The notes beneath the pieces were generated by a model. It ran no database searches. It was not told where the DNA came from and saw only the letters and a list, made by a program, of their open reading frames with translations. 54,778 nucleotides of DNA from a virus (taxonomy: Duplodnaviria; Caudoviricetes). Location: positions 1 to 54,778 of the IMG/VR virus record IMGVR_UViG_3300032092_000040. The stretch is one strand, 5' to 3'. This document shows, one piece after another, positions 11,170-22,259 of this stretch. The translations under genes were made by a program, and so were the position numbers. Within the stretch, counting starts at the first letter, position 1, and every line of letters starts with the position of its first letter.

Positions 11170-11823
11170 ATGCCATATCCCCTTATAAAATATTCTATTT
11201 GTGAACTTGTCAATATACTTGATGTTAAAACCGTTCTTGATATAGGATGCAATCAGGGACACTGGGCGGAAATTGTCACCAACTGTGTTCCTAAAACCAA
11301 TATTGTTTGTGTTGATGGAAATTGCAATCACAAAAATGCTATTGATAGTAAAGGGTTTCGCTTTGTCTGTGCTTGTTTATCAGATAAAGAAAAAGAGGTT
11401 AGTTTTTATAGCAACCCCCATGGAGATTCTTTTTCTACGGGGAGATCATATTATCTAGAAACTACGCAGCATTTTAATGCTGACTGTTATGAAACAATAG
11501 TCACACAAACGCTAGACAAAATATTTTCTGATGATATTTTTGACATGATAAAAATGGATATTCAGGGGGCAGAGTTAGATGCATTAATAGGCGGAAAGAC
11601 TTTGATTTCCAAATCTAAATGTTTAGTTTTGGAAACTGCAACTGGACTATATGATTACAATAAAGGATCTCCAACCCAAGATATGGTGGTTGAGTGGTTG
11701 AAGCATAATTCGTTTACACCAATTTGTTCTATAGACGATCTCCCCTATAATGGTGTTGTTGCACACCAAGATGTTCTATTTGTTGCAAACGATTATTTAA
11801 ACTTGTTTGATAAGCAACCTTGA
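11170..11823 (+). CDS. FkbM-family methyltransferase
   Basis: VLDIGCNQG, TLD, MIKMDIQGAELDALIGG, QDVLF. Confidence 0.88.
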   Translation: MPYPLIKYSICELVNILDVKTVLDIGCNQGHWAEIVTNCVPKTNIVCVDGNCNHKNAIDSKGFRFVCACLSDKEKEVSFYSNPHGDSFSTGRSYYLETTQHFNADCYETIVTQTLDKIFSDDIFDMIKMDIQGAELDALIGGKTLISKSKCLVLETATGLYDYNKGSPTQDMVVEWLKHNSFTPICSIDDLPYNGVVAHQDVLFVANDYLNLFDKQP

Positions 11824-11847
11824 CATCACCTGATCCGACACTATACT
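11820..11847 (+). promoter_or_regulatory. sigma70-like promoter of gp41 (probably leaderless transcript)
   Basis: TTGACA (11820-11825), 16 bp, TATACT (11842-11847); ATG at 11855. Confidence 0.7.
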
Positions 11848-11854
11848 TACCTAC

Positions 11855-13249
11855 ATGATTGAACTGACCATCCTGCGTGAACTCACACGCAACGACCAGT
11901 ACTTCCGAAAAGTCCTCCCCTTCCTCAAGGAGGACTATTTCGCTGATAGGGACACCAAGATTATCTTCAGAATGGTGTCTGACTATCTCGACAAGTACAA
12001 CTCCATGCCCACTCGCGGTGCCTTGGAAATCATTCTTGATGCCAAGACGAATGTCGAACCAGAGGTGATGAAGCAATGCATTCAGAACCTTGACAAGATG
12101 TTCGATGACAGCAAGAGTCCTGATCTTGAGTGGCTTATTGACCACACAGAAAAGTTCTGCAAGGACAAGGCAATCTACAATGCCATCCTTGAGTCGATCC
12201 ACATCATCGATGGAAAGTCCAAAGACAAGGATGTTGGATCTTTGCCCAAGATGCTTTCTGATGCGCTTGCCGTTTCATTCGACACGAACATCGGTCACGA
12301 CTACATCGAAGACTACGGAAAGCGATACGAGTTCTACCACAGGGTGGAGAACAAGATTCCATTCGATATTGAGCAGTTCAACACCATCACGAACGGTGGT
12401 GTTCCCCGCAAGACCCTCAACATCATCATGGCGGGTACGGGTGTGGGTAAGTCCTTGTTCATGTGTCACCATGCATCGGCTTGCCTGACACAGAACCTTG
12501 ATGTCCTCTACATCACTTGTGAGATGGCAGAGGAACGAATTGCAGAACGCATCGATGCCAACCTTATGGATCTTCCGATGGAGGATCTGAAGAAACTTCC
12601 TGCCGATCTGTACAACAAGAAGATGCAGCAGATTCGGAAGAAGTACACGGGTAGGCTCATCATCAAGGAGTATCCTACGGCAACTGCCAATGCGAACCAT
12701 TTCCGTGCATTGCTGAACGACTTGAAGATGAAGAAGAACTTTCAGCCAGACATCATCTTCATCGACTATCTGAACATCTGTGCCTCTGCTCGACTGAAGA
12801 TGAATGCATCGGTAAACTCCTATACATTCGTCAAGGCAATCGCTGAGGAACTTCGTGGTCTTGCAGTTGAGTTTGAGGTTCCGATCTTCTCAGCGACTCA
12901 GGTCAACCGAGGTGGATTCAACAATACCGATGTGGGGCTTGAGAATACATCCGAATCGTTCGGACTTCCCGCGACTGCCGATCTCATGTTTGCCCTGATC
13001 TCCACCGAGGAACTTGAGGAGCAGGGTCAGGTCATGGTCAAGCAGTTGAAGAATCGCTACAACGATATCTCTCGTAGCAAGAAGTTTGTTGTTGGGATCG
13101 ATAGATCGAAGATGAAGTTGTTTGATGTAGATAGCCCAATCGTCGGGGACGAGGGCTTTGGGAAGAGTGAAGATGGTGTTAAGAACAACGGAAAGGGAAA
13201 CGGAGTACCTTCCGCAAACGATAAATATGATGACTGGAATTTCGACTAA
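11855..13249 (+). CDS. gp41: T4-like DnaB-family replicative helicase
   Basis: Walker A AGTGVGKS, ITCEMAEERIAERIDAN, IDYLNIC, SATQVNR, SESFGLPATAD, KQLKNRY. Confidence 0.96.
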   Translation: MIELTILRELTRNDQYFRKVLPFLKEDYFADRDTKIIFRMVSDYLDKYNSMPTRGALEIILDAKTNVEPEVMKQCIQNLDKMFDDSKSPDLEWLIDHTEKFCKDKAIYNAILESIHIIDGKSKDKDVGSLPKMLSDALAVSFDTNIGHDYIEDYGKRYEFYHRVENKIPFDIEQFNTITNGGVPRKTLNIIMAGTGVGKSLFMCHHASACLTQNLDVLYITCEMAEERIAERIDANLMDLPMEDLKKLPADLYNKKMQQIRKKYTGRLIIKEYPTATANANHFRALLNDLKMKKNFQPDIIFIDYLNICASARLKMNASVNSYTFVKAIAEELRGLAVEFEVPIFSATQVNRGGFNNTDVGLENTSESFGLPATADLMFALISTEELEEQGQVMVKQLKNRYNDISRSKKFVVGIDRSKMKLFDVDSPIVGDEGFGKSEDGVKNNGKGNGVPSANDKYDDWNFD

Positions 13250-14307
13250 TGTCACTTTTCATCGACAAGAAGTACATAAATCTTCTCTCACCGCGTCTTG
13301 ATAGATTCGCTTGGAAGAAGCAGGATCTAGCCAATTTTCGTTGTCCTCTTTGCGGAGACTCAAAGAAGAACAAGGCAAAGGCGCGTGGATATTTCTACCA
13401 AAAGCAAAATGACATGTTTTTCAGATGTCATAACTGTGGTGCAAGTCACACGATGTATAAGTTTCTTGAACTCTTTGCACCAGCGATGTGCAAAGAGTAC
13501 TCCCTTGAACGGTGGAGAAACGGTGAGATGGGGCATTCAAACTACACCAAACCAAAGGAGGAAGAGATGTTCGGGCTTTTCAAGAAGCCTTTTGAAGCAA
13601 AGGAAGGCACACCACTCGACAAACTGAAGAAAGTTTCTGATCTTCCAGACAATCATGTCTGTAGGCAGTTTGTAGAGTTGAGGCAGATACCAAGAAAGCA
13701 TTGGGACATACTCTACTATTCAAGTGACTTTGCAAAATGGGCAAAACTTGTAGATCCTGAAGCAGCAGTTGAATCTGTTCCAAGACTTGTCATTCCAATC
13801 TTTGACAAGCATGGCAGCATGGTTGCTGCTCAAGGAAGAGCATTGTCGATTGTTGATGATCGGAATGCACGAAGAACAGCACGATACATCACTCTCAAGG
13901 GAGACAAGACCATTGAGAAGTTGTGGTATGGGATGGAACGTCTAGACTCCGATGGAGATGTCTATGTCTTCGAAGGTCCACTCGACTCACTCTTTATTCC
14001 AAATGCTGTGGCAATGATTGGAATCAATGATGGTTCAAATATTCCAAAGCCTTTGTTAGGAAGAAGATTGATATTCGCACTAGATAATGAGCCTAGAAAC
14101 ATCGCTGTTGTTTCTCAGTTGAAGAAACACATCGACCTTGGGCATGAAGTTGTGGTGTGGGATAGTGGAATCACACAAAAAGATATAAACGACATGGTTG
14201 TCGCTGGCATGAGCGTGTCTAGCATACAGAAAGCCATGAAGAGCAGCATATGCAGTGGCGCAGAAGCCAAATTGAGGTTTTCCCGATGGAAGAAAGTGAC
14301 AACCTAA
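13249..14307 (+). CDS. gp61: T4-like DNA primase
   Basis: Zinc finger RCPLCGDS...RCHNCG; TOPRIM motifs FEGPLDS, DNEPRN, KDINDM. Confidence 0.95.
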   Translation: MSLFIDKKYINLLSPRLDRFAWKKQDLANFRCPLCGDSKKNKAKARGYFYQKQNDMFFRCHNCGASHTMYKFLELFAPAMCKEYSLERWRNGEMGHSNYTKPKEEEMFGLFKKPFEAKEGTPLDKLKKVSDLPDNHVCRQFVELRQIPRKHWDILYYSSDFAKWAKLVDPEAAVESVPRLVIPIFDKHGSMVAAQGRALSIVDDRNARRTARYITLKGDKTIEKLWYGMERLDSDGDVYVFEGPLDSLFIPNAVAMIGINDGSNIPKPLLGRRLIFALDNEPRNIAVVSQLKKHIDLGHEVVVWDSGITQKDINDMVVAGMSVSSIQKAMKSSICSGAEAKLRFSRWKKVTT

Positions 14308-14507
14308 ACGACGATGAACGAGAAGAAGCCGAAATGCTGACACAAGCATTTCTTCAGTTCACACATCATTTTCAGGAATACATCAAAGAAATAAATCCTG
14401 AACTTTGGAAACGAGCAGTTGATTACGCAAAGACATTTACTGATGTAGAAGGAGTGGAGTTTACATATGTTGATCTTTCAGGGAATACAGCAGAACAAGC
14501 CGAATGA
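14286..14507 (+). CDS. small acidic hypothetical protein
   Basis: ATG at 14286 (MEESDNL...), fills the gap between primase and thyX. Confidence 0.55.
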   Translation: MEESDNLNDDEREEAEMLTQAFLQFTHHFQEYIKEINPELWKRAVDYAKTFTDVEGVEFTYVDLSGNTAEQAE

Positions 14508-15165
14508 TCCGAAAAAGATAAATGTTCTCGACAAGGGTTTCGTCAGATACATTGATCATATGGGGAATGACCTCATGGTGGTTAATGCTGCCCGTGTGTC
14601 TTTTGCAAAAGAAGTTTCTAAATTCCGTGAGAAGGAAGATGGAAATCTAATCAATTATCTTGCAAGAAATAAACATTGGACTCCATTCGCACATCCACAG
14701 ATCTGTCTTCACATCAAAGCACCAATCTCCATTCGAACACAACTTTTCAAACACAAGGTTGGATTCGTGGAGAATGAGGTTTCTCGTCGCTATGTCAAAG
14801 AAGAACCTGAGTACTACACACCGTTTTGGCGTGGTGCGCCCACCAATGGTGCCAAGCAAGGTAGTTCAGAATTTATGACTGGTACCACGATGCAGGACGA
14901 ATCGTACAAGAATCTCTGTGATGATGCCCTTGACACCTACAAGGAACTCCTAGCCGCTGGTGTGGCACCAGAACAGGCTAGATTTGCTCTTCCTCAATCC
15001 ATGTACACAGAATGGTGGTGGACGGGTTCTCTTGCAGGATACGCAAGAGTTTGTTCATTACGATCCGATGATCATGCACAATGGGAAGTTAGGGAATACG
15101 CAGCAGCCATTGCTAAACTCATCGAACCTCTGTTCCCGTATTCGTGGAAGGCAATCTACAAGTAA
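14467..15165 (+). CDS. thyX: FAD-dependent thymidylate synthase ThyX
   Basis: VVNAARVS, HWTPF, variant signature QLFKHKVGFVENEVSRRY, PEQARFALP, HAQWEVR; exact start uncertain. Confidence 0.92.
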   Translation: MLIFQGIQQNKPNDPKKINVLDKGFVRYIDHMGNDLMVVNAARVSFAKEVSKFREKEDGNLINYLARNKHWTPFAHPQICLHIKAPISIRTQLFKHKVGFVENEVSRRYVKEEPEYYTPFWRGAPTNGAKQGSSEFMTGTTMQDESYKNLCDDALDTYKELLAAGVAPEQARFALPQSMYTEWWWTGSLAGYARVCSLRSDDHAQWEVREYAAAIAKLIEPLFPYSWKAIYK

Positions 15166-15168
15166 ACC

Positions 15169-15174
15169 TAAATA
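15169..15174 (+). promoter_or_regulatory. T4-type late promoter
   Basis: TAAATA in the intergenic gap before the fibre genes. Confidence 0.55.
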
Positions 15175-15204
15175 CAGGTGTATTGTAGATGAGGATTCCA
15201 CAGG

Positions 15205-16800
15205 ATGGTTGACAACTTTAGCGGCTTCATTGGCTCAGGAAGCATCTCTAAGGGAAACCTTGGTGATGTTTTCTCGTTGAAGTCGAACCTAAAGGATGTC
15301 CCCCGTGGAATAAACTTCAGTGTGGTTTCGGAATCCGAAGTCATACACCCATTCATCTACCGAAAAGGCGAAGGCAATCATAGAATTTGTCTCTTCAATG
15401 AAGATGTCGGACATGTTGTTCTTGTCGGAGATCCGCTCAAGATAGACATGATGTTCTCACTTGTGGAGAGAAGCATTCCAAAGGAGATACCCCTTGAGAA
15501 AACTCGGAAAGAAAAGCCTAAAGCGATTACGGAACAAAGTAAAGCAATTGGTGGAATACCGGGTCCAAAAGGGGAAAAAGGTGAGCGCGGAGAGCGAGGC
15601 TATACTGGCTTTCCTGGAGAAAGAGGTGCAGTTGGGGCGCAGGGACAGCAGGGGGAGAAGGGAGAACGCGGCGAGAAAGGCGAAAAGGGAGATATTGGCG
15701 AACCTGGTCCAAGAGGTGAACGGGGAGAGCAAGGAATCCAAGGAGATCGCGGAGAGCAAGGATCAAAAGGCGACCAAGGTCAAAAAGGTGAAAAAGGCGA
15801 CCAAGGAGCGCAAGGAGAAATCGGTCTTCAAGGACCGCAAGGAATCCAAGGAGAGCGTGGAGAGCAAGGAGCAAGAGGCGAGCGCGGAATCAAAGGTCAA
15901 AAAGGAGAAAGGGGTCCGCAGGGACTCCAAGGTTCAAAGGGCGAGAAAGGCGAGAGGGGCGAGGTAGGATCGCAAGGACCGAAGGGTGATCGTGGTGAAC
16001 AGGGAATCCAAGGTCCAAAGGGAGATAAGGGTGAGAAGGGAGATGCTGGTGAGGACGCCATCATCGATGTTCAGTATCCACTTGTCTACGACAAGACCAA
16101 GAAGATAGTCACGCTCGACAGCAAGAACCTTCTTGATAAGATGGAGAAGATCTTTGCTCCTCTTGCAAACAAGAACTTCGATCTCTCCAAACTTGATTGG
16201 CTTGCTGCATCGGGTGGTGGTGTCGGTGTAAAGTTGAATGGCAAGTACATTCGATCCACCATCAATGACATAGACTTCCGTGGAAGTGGAGTCAGCGTCA
16301 CACAGGCTGGTGGCGGTGTCATTGTCAACATCACTGGTGGCGGTGGTGGATCAGGTACGGTTCGATTCTACGAGCAGGACAATGCTCCAACGGGAATGTC
16401 CGCTGGAGACATGTGGTTCGATACCGATGCTGGTGTTCTGTACCATGCCGTGACTGATGACTCAGGAATCATTTGGGTTGATTTCATCGGCACTGGTGCA
16501 TTGAACGCAGTTTATAACACAACTGCCGTCACGGGAAATACCTATTATGCCACGGGAAATGATTATTACATTGGTGTTAGTTACAATGGTCCTGTGACCG
16601 TCATACTTCCCTACAACATCGTCAATGGCAAGGAAATGGTTGTGAAGGACGAGAGCGGTCATGCTGGCGATGGAGTCCACAGGCAGATCACCATACAGGG
16701 ATCCTGTGGTGCAATGATAGACAACAAGAGCAGTGCTGTGCTGAACCTGAACAACGGAGCCATTCAGATGATCTACAGGAATGGATGGAGAATCATATGA
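15205..16800 (+). CDS. collagen-like fibre protein
   Basis: Long uninterrupted Gly-X-Y tract (GEKGERGEQ...), then GDMWFDTD motif and fibre-type C-terminus (VVKDESG...IYRNGWRII). Confidence 0.85.
   Translation: MVDNFSGFIGSGSISKGNLGDVFSLKSNLKDVPRGINFSVVSESEVIHPFIYRKGEGNHRICLFNEDVGHVVLVGDPLKIDMMFSLVERSIPKEIPLEKTRKEKPKAITEQSKAIGGIPGPKGEKGERGERGYTGFPGERGAVGAQGQQGEKGERGEKGEKGDIGEPGPRGERGEQGIQGDRGEQGSKGDQGQKGEKGDQGAQGEIGLQGPQGIQGERGEQGARGERGIKGQKGERGPQGLQGSKGEKGERGEVGSQGPKGDRGEQGIQGPKGDKGEKGDAGEDAIIDVQYPLVYDKTKKIVTLDSKNLLDKMEKIFAPLANKNFDLSKLDWLAASGGGVGVKLNGKYIRSTINDIDFRGSGVSVTQAGGGVIVNITGGGGGSGTVRFYEQDNAPTGMSAGDMWFDTDAGVLYHAVTDDSGIIWVDFIGTGALNAVYNTTAVTGNTYYATGNDYYIGVSYNGPVTVILPYNIVNGKEMVVKDESGHAGDGVHRQITIQGSCGAMIDNKSSAVLNLNNGAIQMIYRNGWRII
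15553..16055 (+). repeat. Gly-X-Y collagen repeat (charged, E/K/R/Q-rich)
   Basis: Gly at every third codon across the tract. Confidence 0.9.
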
Positions 16801-18032
16801 GTTATCTTTTCAACAACGAGGTTGGGTTTGTTGGCAATGCTGTGGATGGTTTCAACCGCCTCAAGGTTTCCCAACCATACACTTTGTTCGACAGTCAGCA
16901 CAGATATCAGATGAACGACAAGTGGGATACATTCGGTGTCACTGGTGGGACTGCGACATTTGCCATAAACGAGAGTGCCGTCCACATGGTAGTAGGAGTT
17001 ACGGCAGGAAGCAAGGTAACTCGGGAAACCAAGAGAGTATTTGCATATCAGCCAGGAAAGTCCCTTTTGATAATCAACACGTTCACAATGAATACGCCAA
17101 AGGATGGGCTGTTGCAGCGAGTTGGATATTTTGGAATCTCTGGTGGTGCTACATTCGGTGTTCCCGCAAACGGAGTCTATCTGCAACAAGATGGATTGAC
17201 CCTATCCATATGCCTTGCAAGTCAGTCGTTGAATACAATCACGAAGATCGAACAGTCTTCATGGAACGGAGATAAGTTCGATGGAAGTGGTGCTTCTGGA
17301 AGAACATTCGATGTCACCAAGGGAAACATCTTCTGGACTGACATAGAATGGCTTGGTGTTGGAGATGTCAGGACTGGCTTCTTTGTGGATGGCAGACCAG
17401 TCATAGCGCATACATTTCACAATGACAATGTTCACCCAACGACATACATGACAACAGCAGTTCTTCCATGTCGATATGAACTTGAGAATAAGACTGCCCA
17501 AGCAAGTGGAAGCACAATGCATCAGATATGCTCAACGGTCATGAGCGAAGGTGGATATGAAGGATTCAGCAGAAGATACAATATCACTAAATCCGGTTCA
17601 ACTCTAGCCACACTCACCACAGCAGGAGTTCAATATCCCATTGTTGCACTTCGATTGAATTCACAAAGATTGGATAGTGTCATTATTCCATCCAACATAT
17701 CTGCTGTTATTGAGCCAGGACAAAACAACAAGCCGCAAACTGTGCAATATAGAATTCTGTTGAATCCAACCCTAACAGGAAATACATGGACAACTCATTT
17801 CAACGGAAATGTCGATTACAACATAACTGCCACAGCAGTCTCCGGTGGAACCGACATCATCGGTGGCTACATCAGTAGCAGTGGATCATTGGATATTTCC
17901 AACATCAATGACTTCAACTTCCAACTCGGAAGAACACAGACGGGGATCAGCGATACTTTTGTATTGACTATGACTCCACTAGTGGATGGAACTCAAATTA
18001 CCGCAGATATGTCATGGTTTGAACTAGTCTAA
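16797..18032 (+). CDS. probable virion structural protein
   Basis: ATGA overlap at 16797; DGFNRLKVSQP, YQPGKS, DIEWLGVG motifs recall structural proteins of aquatic phages. Confidence 0.7.
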   Translation: MSYLFNNEVGFVGNAVDGFNRLKVSQPYTLFDSQHRYQMNDKWDTFGVTGGTATFAINESAVHMVVGVTAGSKVTRETKRVFAYQPGKSLLIINTFTMNTPKDGLLQRVGYFGISGGATFGVPANGVYLQQDGLTLSICLASQSLNTITKIEQSSWNGDKFDGSGASGRTFDVTKGNIFWTDIEWLGVGDVRTGFFVDGRPVIAHTFHNDNVHPTTYMTTAVLPCRYELENKTAQASGSTMHQICSTVMSEGGYEGFSRRYNITKSGSTLATLTTAGVQYPIVALRLNSQRLDSVIIPSNISAVIEPGQNNKPQTVQYRILLNPTLTGNTWTTHFNGNVDYNITATAVSGGTDIIGGYISSSGSLDISNINDFNFQLGRTQTGISDTFVLTMTPLVDGTQITADMSWFELV

Positions 18033-18033
18033 A

Positions 18034-18243
18034 ATGTCTATAAATTTCCCAAACAGCCCCTCTCTCAATCAGACCTATGTGTTCGGAAACATCACATGGG
18101 TTTGGAATGGTTCTGCTTGGGATAAAGTTTCAACCGCCACGGGATATCTTGGGGCAACTGGACCGCAAGGACCAACGGGTGCTACAGGAGCAACTGGTGC
18201 CACAGGATCAATGCCATCTTTGATTGATGGTGGTGTCTTCTAG
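18034..18243 (+). CDS. small fibre-associated protein
   Basis: INFPNSPSLNQTY...WVWNGSAW module, short GAT collagen tract, IDGG end. Confidence 0.7.
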   Translation: MSINFPNSPSLNQTYVFGNITWVWNGSAWDKVSTATGYLGATGPQGPTGATGATGATGSMPSLIDGGVF

Positions 18244-18249
18244 AAGAAA

Positions 18250-18263
18250 TAAATATGTAAATA
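18250..18263 (+). promoter_or_regulatory. tandem T4-type late promoter motifs
   Basis: TAAATA at 18250-18255 and 18258-18263, just before ATG 18274. Confidence 0.55.
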
Positions 18264-18264
18264 A

Positions 18265-20451
<2,187 letters not shown>

Positions 20452-20461
20452 AGGAGAAACA

Positions 20462-21958
20462 ATGGGCGTTAATATTAAGGGTGGAAATAATACTGCTGGT
20501 CTTGCAAATGTGAGTTCAACATATGAATTGCAAGTGGTAACTCCTCAGACTGAGGAGAACGCAGGATTTGTCCAGTTGAGTACGGAAGTGGATTCCGGTG
20601 ATGTATTGGGAACGCGCACCGTGATTCCTCCTGAATGCTCCGATGACTATCGTCTTCGTGTCGGTATTGATCAGACAATGTTCAATACAACCTTTGAAGG
20701 TGCCACCATTCTCACGACCACATGGTCGCAGTCGCTCTCATCGATGACAACTGCACAAAGCAACGGATTTATGTTGCTAAACAATGGATCATCGACCACA
20801 TCAGGACAGGCTGCTTATATTCGTTCACACAGACATTTCTCAACATTCGGAACCTATCCCACCTATGTGGACATGTGGATTCGCGAAACGGCTCCCACTG
20901 CCGCGAACGTCATCAGCGAATGGGGATTGTTGTATCTTACCGCACAAGCCACAGCGCAACCCATTGACGGTATTTTCTTCCGTCGTACTTCTGGTGGTAC
21001 TTTAAAGGCAATCGTTACTAATAACTCTACAGATGTTGCTGATGTCACCATCACCACGACAAATGTTCCTGCGCGTGACGGTGTTGGTACATTCGATCCA
21101 ACCGAATCCAATCACTATCTGCTTGTATTCCACAATGACATAGTCCGCTTCTGGATCAACGATGTGCTTGTTGCTGAAATTCCATGTCCTGCTGCACAGG
21201 CACAGTTCTCTGCATCATCTGGTAATCCTGTTGGATTCCGTGTGGTCAACACTGGTACGGCATCTCCTGCTCGCCAACTTTCGGTTGGTTATGTGAATGT
21301 TGGATTTGGTGATCAGAATACAAACAAGCCTTGGTCGCATGTTCTGTGTGGTTTGGGTAACGGATCATATCAGTTCGCAAATGGTAATACGCCAGGACCA
21401 ACAGTAACCCGCGCTGGTGCAACATTTGGACACCCTGCAAGCGGAACTGCTCGTGCTGCTGGTACATGGACTGCAACAACTGCTCCTGCTGTCAATAACC
21501 TTGGTGGTCTATGGACATCTCCTGCGATATCCACACTTACTTCAGATGCTGACTATCCAGTGTTTGCATTTCAGAATCCAGCAGGAACTGCCACACTTCC
21601 TGGAAAAACTTTATACATCACAGGTATTCGTGTTGGAGAAGCATATGTTTCTACTGCACCTGCAACTAACCCCATTTTACTATCGTATATCGTCATGGTT
21701 GGCAGCAGTGCGGTTGCCACAAGTACAGCAGATGCTGCATCAACCGTTTCGGGAAAATCCATCACGGTGGGCGGACATGGATTTTTAGCAACTGAAGCAA
21801 CAGGAAGTTATAAGCCTGGATTCGAAGTGCAATTTAATTCGCCATTGATGGTTCCATCAGGACACTACTTCCACTTTGTAGTGCGTCCATTCGGAACAGT
21901 GACAGCCAACACTCTTGTAGTCACAAGCAGCCTTGCAGTAAACGGATATTTTGAATAA
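20462..21958 (+). CDS. probable virion structural protein with lectin-like (ConA-like) segment, paralog 1
   Basis: RBS AAGGAG; HYLLVFHNDIVRFWINDVLVAEI beta-sandwich motif; colinear with 22260..23765. Confidence 0.7.
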   Translation: MGVNIKGGNNTAGLANVSSTYELQVVTPQTEENAGFVQLSTEVDSGDVLGTRTVIPPECSDDYRLRVGIDQTMFNTTFEGATILTTTWSQSLSSMTTAQSNGFMLLNNGSSTTSGQAAYIRSHRHFSTFGTYPTYVDMWIRETAPTAANVISEWGLLYLTAQATAQPIDGIFFRRTSGGTLKAIVTNNSTDVADVTITTTNVPARDGVGTFDPTESNHYLLVFHNDIVRFWINDVLVAEIPCPAAQAQFSASSGNPVGFRVVNTGTASPARQLSVGYVNVGFGDQNTNKPWSHVLCGLGNGSYQFANGNTPGPTVTRAGATFGHPASGTARAAGTWTATTAPAVNNLGGLWTSPAISTLTSDADYPVFAFQNPAGTATLPGKTLYITGIRVGEAYVSTAPATNPILLSYIVMVGSSAVATSTADAASTVSGKSITVGGHGFLATEATGSYKPGFEVQFNSPLMVPSGHYFHFVVRPFGTVTANTLVVTSSLAVNGYFE

Positions 21959-22242
21959 TGGCACTCATACAAATTGTACAAACTCCCCATGGTGTTCCTG
22001 CGCTATACTGGAAAATTGCTACCGTTACTTTTAACACAAACGGATCTTGCGCCATAAGACTAGATGGATATTATGATGAAACTGCCCGTGGGCGAGAGTG
22101 TGAAGTGTTACGACAGATTACATACACAGTGCAACCCACAGATATGCCAACAGTTTTCCCATCGGGATTTACCATTGCTGATGCATATGCGTATGTAAAG
22201 ACCCAAGTTGAGTTTTCTTTTGCTGCTATTGATGTACTCTGA
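21958..22242 (+). CDS. small hypothetical protein (possible fibre chaperone or accessory)
   Basis: Coupled to the upstream stop; ends AYAYVKT..EF..AIDV like small phage tail-associated proteins. Confidence 0.6.
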   Translation: MALIQIVQTPHGVPALYWKIATVTFNTNGSCAIRLDGYYDETARGRECEVLRQITYTVQPTDMPTVFPSGFTIADAYAYVKTQVEFSFAAIDVL

Positions 22243-22259
22243 TTGGAAGGAACTATAAG

